Source: Diplonema japonicum
Lineage: Eukaryota; Protista; Euglenozoa: Diplonemea
Assembly: GCA_964019335.1 (NCBI GenBank)
Contig: OZ025754.1
Location: 186,001 to 250,000 of the forward strand
Reading direction: 5' to 3'
DNA: 64,000 nt
Position 1 is the first letter of the stretch. Each line of letters begins with the position of its first letter. The position numbers were made by a program, and so were the translations under genes. Under the pieces are notes generated by a model that made no database searches, was not told the DNA's origin, and worked only from the letters and a program-made list of their open reading frames with translations. Shown here one piece after another: positions 33,701 through 43,127 of the stretch.

Positions 33701-34209
33701 GACAGTCCCAGGTCAGCCAGAACGAACCTCGTCTTCCCTTCAGAGGTGTTGTTGTTGTTGTTGTTGCTGTTGCTGTCGACCATGATGTTCTGAGGCTTCA
33801 CGTCCCTGTGGATCCAACCCTTCCCGTGCAAGTAGGCCAGCGCCTCAGCCACCTCCCGCAAGAGCCTCACTGCCTTCTCTTGAGAGAGGGGTCCCTCCCT
33901 CTCCAGGAGCTTCTGCAGGTCCCCTCCAGTGTACAAGGGCATCACGATGTGGAGCTCCCACTGCGTCACCCCAGGAACCAGCTGCCCTGTCGTCCCGAAG
34001 TAGTCCACACACGGGACCACATTCCTGTGCTTCAGCTGCAGCATGTTCTGCAACTCCTTCACCCCCCTCGTGTAGTCCTCCTTCGTCGCCGCCTCCACAA
34101 CCTTCATCGCGAACTCCTTCCCGTCAACCTCCCTCACCGCCATGTAAACAGACCCCTGGCCCCCTGACCCGAGGTGCTTCCCTTTCCTGTACTTCTCAAG
34201 GTTCTGCAT
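30781..34209 (-). CDS. Ser/Thr kinase (NEK-like) + possible ubiquitin/PB1-like domain + 24 BspA-like LRRs (copy A, 1142 aa)
   Basis: Kinase motifs GSGGQG, AMK, HRDVKPQN, DLG, GTPAFMGPD, DMWALG. Beta-grasp-like linker domain. 24 x 25-aa CTSLQAVDLAPLSNITSIGxxFLxx repeats. No signal peptide or TM segment seen. Confidence 0.88.
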   Translation of the reverse strand: MQNLEKYRKGKHLGSGGQGSVYMAVREVDGKEFAMKVVEAATKEDYTRGVKELQNMLQLKHRNVVPCVDYFGTTGQLVPGVTQWELHIVMPLYTGGDLQKLLEREGPLSQEKAVRLLREVAEALAYLHGKGWIHRDVKPQNIMVDSNSNNNNNNTSEGKTRFVLADLGLSRAVVGASGSSSSSMIHSFSGATADSVVGTPAFMGPDFVGPYTNKVDMWALGVTVCFAVLEDEKLRGWFLKYLKMNRVLVMGELERRLPKLVGESVGTLLLRLLCEDPSKRPTASEVLSVLTTPPAMTTTMMMMLLAFADFGGEERRRPLLVAVGSGVEEVRVAAEKAFAKDGLGRVRRVEVFSSDFDLFVDADSETVFQDKGRVKVFPEHTNNKNNNNIDHHHHHHDPNQHQHHPVAALKDGSQLTSEEEVKRKGLVVEWEEGMEGFLGKMQVVVKHDELQLLDKLVERPPFLVIDFTGASLVHVDERYVPIVLGFEHVVLKGVRGNIADNFLASKYKDRTSCRLRSLSFSLDSLPTVTGPGSITIGKNLLSWCTSLQAVDFAPLSNVTSIGFSFLEGCTSLQAVDLAPFSNITSIGDSFLEECTSLQAVDVAPLSNVTSIGNWFLKGCASLQAVDVAPLSNITSIGSRFLSRCTSLKAGDLAPLSNITSIGDSFLEGCTSLQAVDLAPLSNITSIGDSFLEECTSLQAVDLAPLSNITSIGNWFLKGCASVRAVDLAPLSKITSIGSRFLSRCTSLKAGDLAPLSNITSIGDSFLEGCTSLQAVNLPPLSNITSIGDSFLEECTSLQAVDLAPLSNITSIGNWFLKGCASVQAVDLAPLSKITSIGSRFLSRCTSLKAGDLVPLSNITSIGDSFLEGCTSLQAVDLPPLSNITCIGDSFLEECTSLQAVDLAPLSNITSIGNWFLKGCASVRAVDLAPLSNITSIGGRFLKGCTSLQAVNLAPLSNITSIGDGFLEGCISLETVNLPQLSNITSIGDSFLEECTSLKAVDLTSLSNITSIGNWFLKGCTSLQAVDLAPLSNITSIGGRFLKGCTSLHAVNLAPLSNITSIDNSFLEGCTSLQAVDLAPFSKITSIGYSFLEGCASLQAVDFPPLSNITSIGNWFLKGCTSLQAIKANKSFPLPKELEKFRQ
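30825..32615 (-). repeat. Coding minisatellite: 24 x 75-bp units with a 4-unit (300-bp) higher-order period
   Basis: The Cys-codon anchor recurs every 75 bp from 30851 to 32576. Variable residues cycle DS/EG, DS/EE, NW/KG, then SR/SR or GR/KG. Confidence 0.95.
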
Positions 34210-34489
34210 TTTACGTGTGTTCTTTTTTTTATTATTATTGTAAATCTCCACTGTGTGATGGATTTCTTCCCCCCCCCCCCCCCCCCGTGTTGAGAGAATG
34301 AATAAAGCATAACATGGAAACGAGCAAATGCGAATTCGAAGAAAAGTAGAGAGGGGGCTGTTTGGGAATTGAGGGGGATCGTAGTACTTCGGAGTTACAC
34401 ATGATTGTAAAATCATTTATTTGAAAGATAATTTCATCATAAATATTTGTAACAAAAAGAAAGAAGAATGACTTTGGTTGCTTCATAAA

Positions 34490-35382
34490 CCGCCTCTAGC
34501 GGATGTTGCTGCCCTTCTGTGCTGAAGGATGCATGGCTGTGGGAAGGGTGGACTGCGCTCTGGTAGGTTGTTGTGCTCTGTAGTCAGGCACGAAGGGGCC
34601 GGACCACTCTTTTCTCTGTGCAGTCGGTACTGCGCATTGCCTTTCAAGTATTTCGCCTGCTCCCATGAATGTTCATCTTCAAGTGCTTACGGAACCATCT
34701 TACTTCAGGCACTGTGTACTTGCTCCACAGCACAGGGCGCTACCATGTTGACCAGCAGTTTCTGCACAATTTCTGGCTGCGGTACCTTGCAGTCTTTCGG
34801 TATTCCGGGATCCCATGAAGGCTAAGGCATTGAGGCATATCTTTCTTCGGAAAATTCATCACCGTGGTACATCACTTCTTTTCGTATTCGCATTGCGTTT
34901 TCGTTTCTTCCATATCATGTTCGTCTTCTGTTCGTCCACACCCTCTTTTATTCCCTCGAGGGTTGGTCGTTCTCGGCACATCCGTCCTCTGCGGTATCTT
35001 TTGATGTACCATCATTCCTTTTGGTTGCTTGCCAACTGCTCTTAGCCATGTCCATCCTAGCTTCAGTGGTTGGAGTACATTGCGCTTTACGTTGCTAACC
35101 GGTCCTACGGCTCTTTTGCTGTGCACCTTCTTCAGCAACGCATACGAAAACAGAGAAAGTCAAAAAGGACCTTGTGTAGCGACGTGGGGTATATCGTTGC
35201 GGGCATCTCCGTCGACGGCAGCTGTTGCGGTGGTGGTTCCTGCTGTAAGCTAGTGTCAACGGTGGAGGGGGACTCTTTCCCTTGTCTGCGTCCATTCGGA
35301 GGAAAGAAGGGCTGTGCTTGCTCCCGTTTCCCTTTTTTTCAAAAAATGCATGGAAACGCGTTTCCATGCCAGCATAGCCCTG
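34490..35382 (-). mobile_element. Degenerate hAT-like DNA transposon (one TIR end plus transposase remnant), copy A
   Basis: Terminus CAGGGCTATGCTGGCATGGAAACGCGTTTCC (minus strand, from 35382). The stop-interrupted peptide VQKLLVNMVAPCAVEQVHSA*SKMVP*ALEDEH resembles the hAT C-terminal dimerization motif. Confidence 0.6.
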
Positions 35383-35556
35383 GGGGGGGCCACCGCCCCT
35401 TAAAAAGCTCGAAATTCGTGTTTTTCGGGAAACGCACCCCTGGGTAAATTATACCCGAAAATTCCACCCAGATGCTAAAAAAAACAACTTTCCGCCGCTA
35501 TTTGGGGGTTTTTGTGGACTTCTATGTGACCTATTCACAATTTTGAGCGGGTGTGA

Positions 35557-35724
35557 CATAAATTTATTCGGTTCTTTTTTGAGTTGCTTTCTTTTTTTTT
35601 AAAAAGAAAGGGTAAACATTTCATATCTCCACAGCGCCGAGCATTCTTGTGTGGTAAGAATGCTTCGTGCACGTCTTTCTTATTTCAGAGAAGGAGGAGG
35701 AGAAAAAAGAACGTTGGGTGTTCT
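35557..35724. repeat. 168-bp direct repeat, copy 1
   Basis: Matches 40182-40349 with about one difference; internal hairpin GCATTCTT-N7-AAGAATGC. Confidence 0.92.
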
Positions 35725-35953
35725 TTTTTTTTTTTTTTTAATCTAACTCGTAAATGAGTCGCTTTGTTGCTCTTGGGACGCTTCTAAGACCTGTGCCCTC
35801 ACACGTATGTAGGGGTTCCCCTGCTGCTTCGTTTCCCACAGGCTTTTGTGGCTATTGTCTCCTATTTTTGCTTATTGAATCCCCCGAGGCACCACCCCCA
35901 GGCTTCTTTTTTGTTTTTTTTTTTTTTGTTTTTTTTTTTTTGTTTTTTATATA

Positions 35954-36428
35954 CTGTAAAACAAAAATCACCGGAAGATAAAATGTCCGGAAGAAAAATT
36001 GTCCGGAAGATAAAATGTCCGGAAGCTCTGGCGGTCCGGATATTTTTTCTTCCGGACATTTTTTTCCTGGGACCCCCCTTTTTTTTTTAAAGGGCTGGAC
36101 CCGAAAACAGATGAAACTAGTGTCTGTAGCAAGAGAAAATCAAACGAAAATCAGAGAATTGAATTACGTACTTTTCCAGATCCTGATTGTTCGCTTCTAC
36201 CACAAGCTTGTTGAACCGAACCACTGTGTTTGCTTTAGGGTTGTTCTTATGCTTTGCGGGTTTGCGTCATGGAGCCAATGTCCAGTATATCAGACTGGAA
36301 GCACCGCTTTGGTAGCTCCAAGGTCGATCCCCCTGCCGCACCCGTTACTGCGGGTCGCAAGCCTCTTCTGAACAAGGAAGAAACAACAAAGCTCTTTGTT
36401 TGGATCCAGGTGCAGAACGGAAGGGGTT
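35954..36428. mobile_element. Rearranged second copy of the pogo-like element (one TIR end plus an inverted internal piece)
   Basis: 35954-36291 matches 575-892; 36294-36428 is the reverse complement of ~1665-1798. Confidence 0.85.
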
Positions 36429-38343
36429 CCAGTTGCAGTGCAATCTCGTCTATGTAGCACAGGAATAATAAGGGTGATAGGACTGTTCCTTGAGGTACTC
36501 CTTCTTCCTTCTCGTGGAATTTTCCAGTTGTACCGTTCGTGTTCACTGCTGCTGTGCGCCCTTCCAAGAAGCTGCCGATCCAGTTCAGGAACTTTGCGGG
36601 TATCTTCATCTGTGCTAGCTTCTTCATCAGCTTCGTCTTGCTCACTGTATCAAACGCTTTTTCGAAGTCGAGGAAAATAGACAGGGCGACCTTGTTCTCG
36701 GACAAGCTGTGGCTGAGGGTGCGGGACAACAGTGCTATTTGTTCTACTGTGGTGCGCCCTGTGCGGAATCCTGCTTGTGTAAGGCACAGGTTGGGGGTAT
36801 CTGCGTTCGCCGTGTCTTCGAGGATGTACTCTAGCCTTGTTTTGATGAGTTTCTCTGTCAGCTTGCACAGGTTACTGGTCAGGTCTATCGGTCTAAAACT
36901 CTCCTTCTTCGTTTGTTCTTTGCCGGGTTTAGGCAGTGGTTTTGTTATTGCTGTCTTCCACCTTTCGGGTACTTTTGCGTGTTTCCATGTTAGGTTCATC
37001 GTGTGCAGCAGTGCCTCTTTAGCCTTGGTCCCTAGTTGCTTGAGCATCTCGTTGTGGATGCCGTCTAGTCCTGGGCTCTTGTGTGTCACGAGGTTTCCGA
37101 TCGCGAGTTCGAGTTCTACGTTGTTGAATGGCTGTTCAGACGCTGCCATGTCGTGTGGTGGGTCGACCGGCTCGTTTGTGAATTTTTCATGCTTGGCTTT
37201 GCTGACCGATGCGAAGTACTTGCCGAGTAGCTCAGCTTTGTCATAGTTGTCGTTGTACTGTACTCCTTCTTCGATCAGCGGGCAGTTTGTGGTATTTGTG
37301 TCTTTTCCCGTCATGATGTCGATCATTCTGTGGACTGTTCCCACATTCTTCACATCTTTCAGCCCTGCCGTCGTTCGCTCCCACGCTTTCTCCCTTTCAT
37401 GTTCGATGAGCAGCCTGATGCCTTCGGTTGCTTCTTTGAGCTCCATGTTTTCTTCGTCCGTGATTTCGGTGGTCTTTCTTTTCAATCTTCGGGCGATCTC
37501 GTTTCTTTTTGTCAATGCCTTGCTGACCTCTTCCGTCCACCACTGCTTTTTATGCTTCGGCTGGCATTGCCGGACCTTCTTTATGTGCTTTTGTGCCATC
37601 CTTTTTATGGTTCCCGTCAGCCTGTCGGTTGCCTCTTCCGGTGTTTTGCAAGACAGTATTCTTTTTGCCTGTTGCTCCATGTCAGATCTGAATCCTTGCC
37701 AGTTTGCGGACTTCCACGACCATATGTATTTTGTCGTTTGTTTTACGATTTGTGCGTCGAAGGGGATCGTGATGAGTATCGGGAAGTGGTCCGACTGCAG
37801 TTTTCGTCTAGGGACTTCCACTTCGGTGGCCATTCGGGTGGTCCGATCATGATGTCCGGGCTGGACTTCTTCTTGCCTTGCATCCGTGTCACTTGTCTCG
37901 GGTCGTTCCATATGACTCTGCCATGTTCTTCTGCCCAGGTGTAGAGCTCTTTGCCGCCCGCGCAAGGTTTTACTGACAGGTCCCATGTCCCCTCGTGGTG
38001 TAGATTAAAATCGCCTACTATGAGTGTGTTATCTCTTGCTGGTAGGTCTTCTGCCGCGAAGTCATCCTCTCTAACGTCAGCCCCTCCTGTTATTGGCGGT
38101 TTATAGATGTTGACGATGTGTACTTCGGGGCCGTTCTTTGGAGTCAGGAAGACCGAGATTGATTCCGTTGTTTCGTTCGTACGGGTGGGGCCTTGTCGTG
38201 TTACATATTTCTCCCTCACTAGGATCGCGACCCCCCCGCCTATTGCCTCTTTATCGGCGCCTTGTCGAGCTACCGTTCTTTTCTGGCTGTATGTGGTGTA
38301 GCCGTTTAATGCTATGTTCTCTACCCACACTTCTTGCAGGCAT

Positions 38344-38758
38344 CTGAAATGGCTTTAAGTTAGGATGAAGAAGCGAAGAAATAGATAAAAAGGGGTGGGA
38401 AAGAATAAATACTGCATACGAAAACAGAGAGTCGAGTAAAAAAGGGAAAAGGTGACTGACATCCTCAAGAGGAGCCTCCCACGTACCAGGAATTAAGCAG
38501 AGGTTGCTTCCATGGCCCGTATCAGTCTATCGCCAGAAAGAAAAATGAAAATAACATAACAAAGAGAAGGGGAGAAGAAACGGAAAAAGACGGCTTGGTC
38601 ATCAGAGAATGTTGACCCAAATGCGTCGGTGGACGCAGTTTAACGTCATACCCGGGACGGAAACCATGTTGGGAAAGCAGAAGGGAAGTTAAAAGTCCAG
38701 AAGTGGAAAAGGAAAAGGTGGAAACTAAAATCATAGGGTGCGAGGTCTGTGAGACCCT
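38344..38758. mobile_element. 415-bp non-coding insertion with a 4-bp target-site duplication (GCAT) in the LINE endonuclease
   Basis: GCAT at 38340-38343 and 38759-38762. Removing the insert and one GCAT restores VDVIC-LQEVW. Related partial copy at 30179. Confidence 0.8.
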
Positions 38759-39337
38759 GCATATCACATCTACTGAATGTTTCTCCATGCCTTCTTCTAT
38801 CAGTCGTCTGCTGTTCGTCCATTTCGCACAATTGTAGCTTATCACTCGCAGCTCAGGTTTCATTTCCGAGTCGGGGGTCTGTTTCGTTGTTTCTGTTTCG
38901 CCCGCCGTTTTTTCGGCTCCTTTTTGATGAGCTCCGTTCTCGGACCCGTTGCGCGGTGTTGTTTCCGGCTTCAAACTTTCTGTTTCGTTTTTGTTTGTTC
39001 CCTGCGCTGTTTTCAAAATTTCAATGCTCTTTTTTTCGGGAGTTTTGGGTTGGTGGGTTTGTTGGGGTTTGGGGGGAGAGACCCTCTTCTTTCAATCGAC
39101 TAGATTGACCACCCTTTTGTTTGGGCTTTTGCTTCTCTTCCTCTGCGGCTCTTCTCTCCTCCTTCCTTCTTCATCTTCTTTTTGTCCACCTCTGGGTTCG
39201 TAATCTCTCCCTCTTTTTGGTCCTGTGGCCTTTCTTTCCTCCATTCTTTCTCGTATCTCGTTCGCAAAGCTGTGTTCTATCGCTGTGTCGGCCATTTTTG
39301 ATTTTGGGCGCGAGATCTCTGTGGGCGTTGAGGAGGG

Positions 39338-39416
39338 TGTGGCCTTTTGTGGAGCAGGTGTGGCCTGTTGTGGAGCAGGCGTGGCCTGTTGTGGAGCTGG
39401 CGTGGCCTGCTGTGGA
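39338..39416 (-). repeat. 21-bp tandem repeat (about 4 units; PQQATPA)
   Basis: TGTGGAGCAGG(T/C)GTGGCCTGT-like units. Confidence 0.85.
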
Positions 39417-40181
39417 ATATACGCGGGAGGTCGCGCGTCTATCTTCTCCATCATGACTTTCATCATGTGGGTTATCTGTTGCAGAGCGTTGCTGTTCTCT
39501 GCCCTCATCTCCTCCACGCTCTTCTTTCCTTCTTCCACCTGTTCTTCTACGCACGTTACCCGTTTTTCTGTGCGGCTTGTTGCATTTTCTAGTTGAGCTA
39601 TCCTCTCTTTCATCTCTTCTAGTTCCTTTTCTTTTCTCTCTTGCTCATTCTTCTTTTCTTCCAGCTGTTGTCTTCTTTTCTCCTTGTACGCTTGTTCTTC
39701 TTAAAGCCTCCCTCTTTTCCATAAAACTTCATAAAACTTGCTCGGCTCCACTTTTGGACTTTTCCTCTTGTTCTTTTCTGCGTCACATCTACCACTCGTA
39801 CGTCGGGTATGCTGTGGACTTGTTCGCCTGTGTGCGATTTGAAGGCGGGGGGCTGTGTCCTTTCGGTGCCTCTAGTGTGGCTGCTTGTCCTGCAACTTCT
39901 ATCACCTTTCCTTTCCACCCCAACGTGACCATGTATTCTTGTAAGTATCCTGGTGCCGTTCCTTGCGGTAGTGGGTACAAAACGTACCACCACTTCTTCT
40001 CCCTTCCTTCCGTCTGTTCTTGTGTCTGTTCGTTTCTCTCAGCTGTTGGCATAACCGGAACTTCGTTTGTTTCCAGGCGGGGCCCCGTGGAGGCGTCCGG
40101 CATTGGGTTGTCTGACATTTTTGTGTTTCTTGTGTTCTTTTACCCTTCCGCCCACACTGAAAGCATGTGTGCATGTTCTTG

Positions 40182-40349
40182 CATAAATTTATTCGGTTCT
40201 TTTTTGAGTTGCTTTCTTTTTTTTAAAAAAGAAAGGGTAAACATTTCATATCTCCACAGCGCCGAGCATTCTTGTGTGGTAAGAATGCTTCGTGCACGTC
40301 TTTCTTATTTCAGAGAAGGAGGAGGAGAAAAAAGAACGTTGGGTGTTCT
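40182..40349. repeat. 168-bp direct repeat, copy 2
   Basis: Matches 35557-35724. Confidence 0.92.
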
Positions 40350-40524
40350 CTTCTTAATTAACGAATTTGGATGGATTTTTTTTTTTTTTTTTTTTTTCCA
40401 AAACTGTAAGGGTCGGGGTGCTCGGCTTATAACGTCAGCATCCTTGTGTCGCCGTATACCTGAGACCTAATAGTTTTGAAGAAAAAAAAGAAGGAAAGAA
40501 AAAAGAAAAAAAAAGAGAAACCGC

Positions 40525-40845
40525 TCACAACCCTTCATTTAAAGTGTCATAGGTTTCCGGCTTGTCTGTTATCTTGGATAGTTCACAACTGCGAGAAGTG
40601 TCACATTCTTTTCTTGGGGGCACGCTCCTCACAATAATGAAGTACACAGCGCAGCCCAGAAAAGCCGCCATAGTCGCTACAAGTCCTATCAGCACCACGC
40701 GTGTTGCCATGCTAGAGCCTCCCTCTGAACTGTTGTCATTCCATTCCGGCCCTTCTATACCTCCTGTCTTGTTGCTATTGTTGTTATCTCCAAGCCCCAA
40801 GCACGGGCACACCCCAGCGGCGAGTACTGTAAGGGCGGCTTTCAC
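40525..40845 (-). CDS. Small single-pass membrane protein-like ORF (starts at GTG; may be a pseudogene or a downstream exon)
   Basis: Signal-peptide-like N-terminus, N-rich ectodomain and TM segment VVLIGLVATMAAFLGCAVYFIIV. No in-frame ATG upstream of the signal-like segment. Confidence 0.45.
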   Translation of the reverse strand: MKAALTVLAAGVCPCLGLGDNNNSNKTGGIEGPEWNDNSSEGGSSMATRVVLIGLVATMAAFLGCAVYFIIVRSVPPRKECDTSRSCELSKITDKPETYDTLNEGL

Positions 40846-41578
40846 GTGGTAAGCACCTAAATATGTGTTTTAATGGCGCAGAAAACAGGACTATAAAAAA
40901 AAGAATTAATTGAAATGTGTTTTGTCATGCAAAGCAAAAAGAAAGAGAGAAAGGATTGGAAAGAGAGCCCTTCCACGTGGAACATAACAAACATGGCCCC
41001 CTGGTGCAATAATCAATGGCAGCTCGGTGCCTGCCAATAAAATATGATTCTCCTGAAAGAAGAAGACGGGCTCTAAGTCCCTCCCTCGCCTTGTTTAGGG
41101 ACTTGTACTGTAACCCCATGGAATACTTGTATGGCTTCCCCCCCTTTTATCCCAGTCTTCCCTCATGATAAAATAAAACCACTTACACGCCCTCAAGTAA
41201 TGCTCTAACGCCACTAGAGGTTCCCGATTTTTGGTAAACGCATAACTTGTTTAAAGAGAAGTGTTGTTTTTCACCTCGACCCGGACCAAAGGTCTTGCGG
41301 TGTTTTGGAGATCTGCATTCGTAAGATCTATTGTTGTATTTATAAAAGGGAAAAAGAAGGGGGCGCGGGTAGGGGAGGAGGGGAGACACTTTAAATATGG
41401 GGCCAGACGCGAAAGAGGAGGAGGGAACCAATTTCTTTCTTCCAACTCTTTTTTTTTGGGGGGGGAGCGGGTGAGGGGGGGGAGGCAAGTATAAGTTAAG
41501 CTAATACACTGCTTTCGTTTAACAGCCTTTCTCATTTTCCTCCGTCTAGAGGGGAAATATCTCAGAAATGCTTTGAAG

Positions 41579-42786
41579 AAAATAATAGCTATTTATTTTT
41601 TGGTATAGCTATTTACTGCCAACAAGTAATGACTTTACCGTTACCTCGAGGTTCCGCATTTTACCGTCGAGGGCCCGCAGGGCCCGAGATGGTAAAATGC
41701 GGAACCGAGAGGTCGGTAAAGCATTACTTGGCGGTAGGTAAGTGGTTTTATTTCACGACACTCTGAAATTACTTCACCACGAGGGGCACAACAGGGTGAC
41801 AAGGGGTACAACAAGAGAGGGGTTACAAAGGTTACAATACAAGTTGTTTTTCCTCCTTTTGTTGACTAAGAGCTGCCGCTGTCGCTGGCATTGCCACTGT
41901 CGCTGGCATTGCCACTGTCACCATCTCTAATCAGGCCTTCCCATACCTAGCGCGGCCGCTGGCTCCTTTTTTTCTGCTGCTTCGGTATTTTGAAGTCTTT
42001 TGGGGTGCTTGGGTAAGCTGACTAAGTTACCCTTACCCACAGAAGAGTTTTTTTTTTTTTAAATTCCACTTCCTTTTCGACTTGCTAAGGCCGTACCCAC
42101 TAGGTGGGTTGGAAGTGTCTCGAGACGCTCACCCGGTTGCCCGAGTACTCATGACCGTATTGGTGTTCTCATTCCACAAGCTTTGCTGGTTGTTTGGCAC
42201 TTTACACTTTTTTTTTTTTTTTTTGGCTACTGTGGGTGCCGGACCTCAGTATCCTTTTTTTTTTTTTTAGTATCACGTTATAGGGGTGGGGTAAAACTTG
42301 TTCAGGGGGGCTTTTTTATTTTCACTGCTGCGTCTGTCTCGTCGGCTGCTGTGGTGGGGGGTTGGTAGTGCTCTCTGTTTCTGCGAGAAACAGGATTGGG
42401 GATCAGGGATGGGATCTCGGGATTCTGAATGAATCTTTAGTGCCTCAGCCGCCTTCTGATTGGCTTGTAGTTACCCACAGAAACTGGGAACAAGGCCTAG
42501 CCAAAAGTGGGCAAATTGAAGTAGTCCAACTTGGAACTGAGCCGAGGCAAAAGTTGGCCAATAGAGCTGAACCTGGGGGGAAATAGCAAACTGAGAGGAA
42601 AAAGTAGCCCCACTGGGAACCGAACCGAGGCAAAAATTGGCCTACCGAGGCATATTATTTAACGGAAACCCCCTATTACTTCACGGAAAACAGGCCATTA
42701 TTTCACCGTGAAGTAATGAGATTTAGCGTGAAGTAATGGGCCCCCCAGTGCGTGAAGTAATTTCTGACGAGTGAAATAAAAAATAT
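41579..42786. mobile_element. Non-autonomous element with a long terminal hairpin and asymmetric inverted repeat (Crypton- or Helentron-like)
   Basis: Absent at the paralogous site (~30530). ~130-bp imperfect palindrome at 41613-41741 with apex GGGCCC-GCA-GGGCCC. 41746-41777 is inverted to 42752-42781. CGTGAAGTAAT motifs cluster near the right end. Confidence 0.7.
42048..42203 (-). repeat. Poly(A)-tailed short repeat, copy 2
   Basis: The minus strand ends ...GAAAAGGAAGTGGAATTT plus an A-tail. Confidence 0.75.
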
Positions 42787-43127
42787 AACAACTAGAAAAA
42801 GCAGGATAAATTGAAGACAAGAAAACACTTGGTACTCCCATTTTTTTTTTTTTTTCTTTTTTCCTTCAAACTATATCTATTTCTTGTCTTCTTTCATGCA
42901 GGGTAGTCAGCAGGGTAGTCAGCTGCTTGATGTGTTCTCTCTGTTGCTGGGCCGCACTTCTCGCAAGTGCGTTGCTTGTGGTTTTCCTTCAACTGTTTGT
43001 GGTGCCCGGACTTCAGCTCGCTACGAGGGTGCCGTCATCTATGGCTGTAGGGGTCTTGTCAGCATCCACACACTGATCAGTACTTCTTCTCTTGCCTCCT
43101 GAGCCCCTCCTACTTATAACAGTACAC

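Larger units (their letters stand above)
30310..35558. repeat. Segmental duplication, copy A (paired with 41381-46530)
   Basis: Collinear from GGGAGACACTTTAAATATGG to GGGTGTGACA; includes a kinase-LRR gene and a hAT remnant. Confidence 0.9.
36430..40181 (-). mobile_element. Degenerate non-LTR retrotransposon (APE endonuclease + reverse transcriptase; Ingi/I-group-like)
   Basis: APE motifs ISYNC, QE, GGGVAILV, NIYKPP, VGDFNLHH, SDHFPI. RT motifs KSPGLDGI, FRPIDLTS, QAGFR, LDFEKAFD, GVPQGTVLSP. RT is truncated before YADD, with frameshifts. The ORF1-like region has a coiled coil, PQQATPA repeats and a CFQCGRKG half-knuckle. Confidence 0.93.

Noticed and set aside
38340-38762. 415-bp insert as an introner-like spliceable intron
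   Set aside because: It ends in CAG on the minus strand, but precise removal would need an AT-AG boundary, and the host LINE is otherwise dead.
35557-40349. LTR retrotransposon interpretation of the 168-bp direct repeats
   Set aside because: No TG..CA ends, primer-binding site, integrase or protease; the internal RT is APE-type non-LTR.
40925-41119. 64-aa ORF with faint TPR-like look
   Set aside because: Too short and too weak to support.
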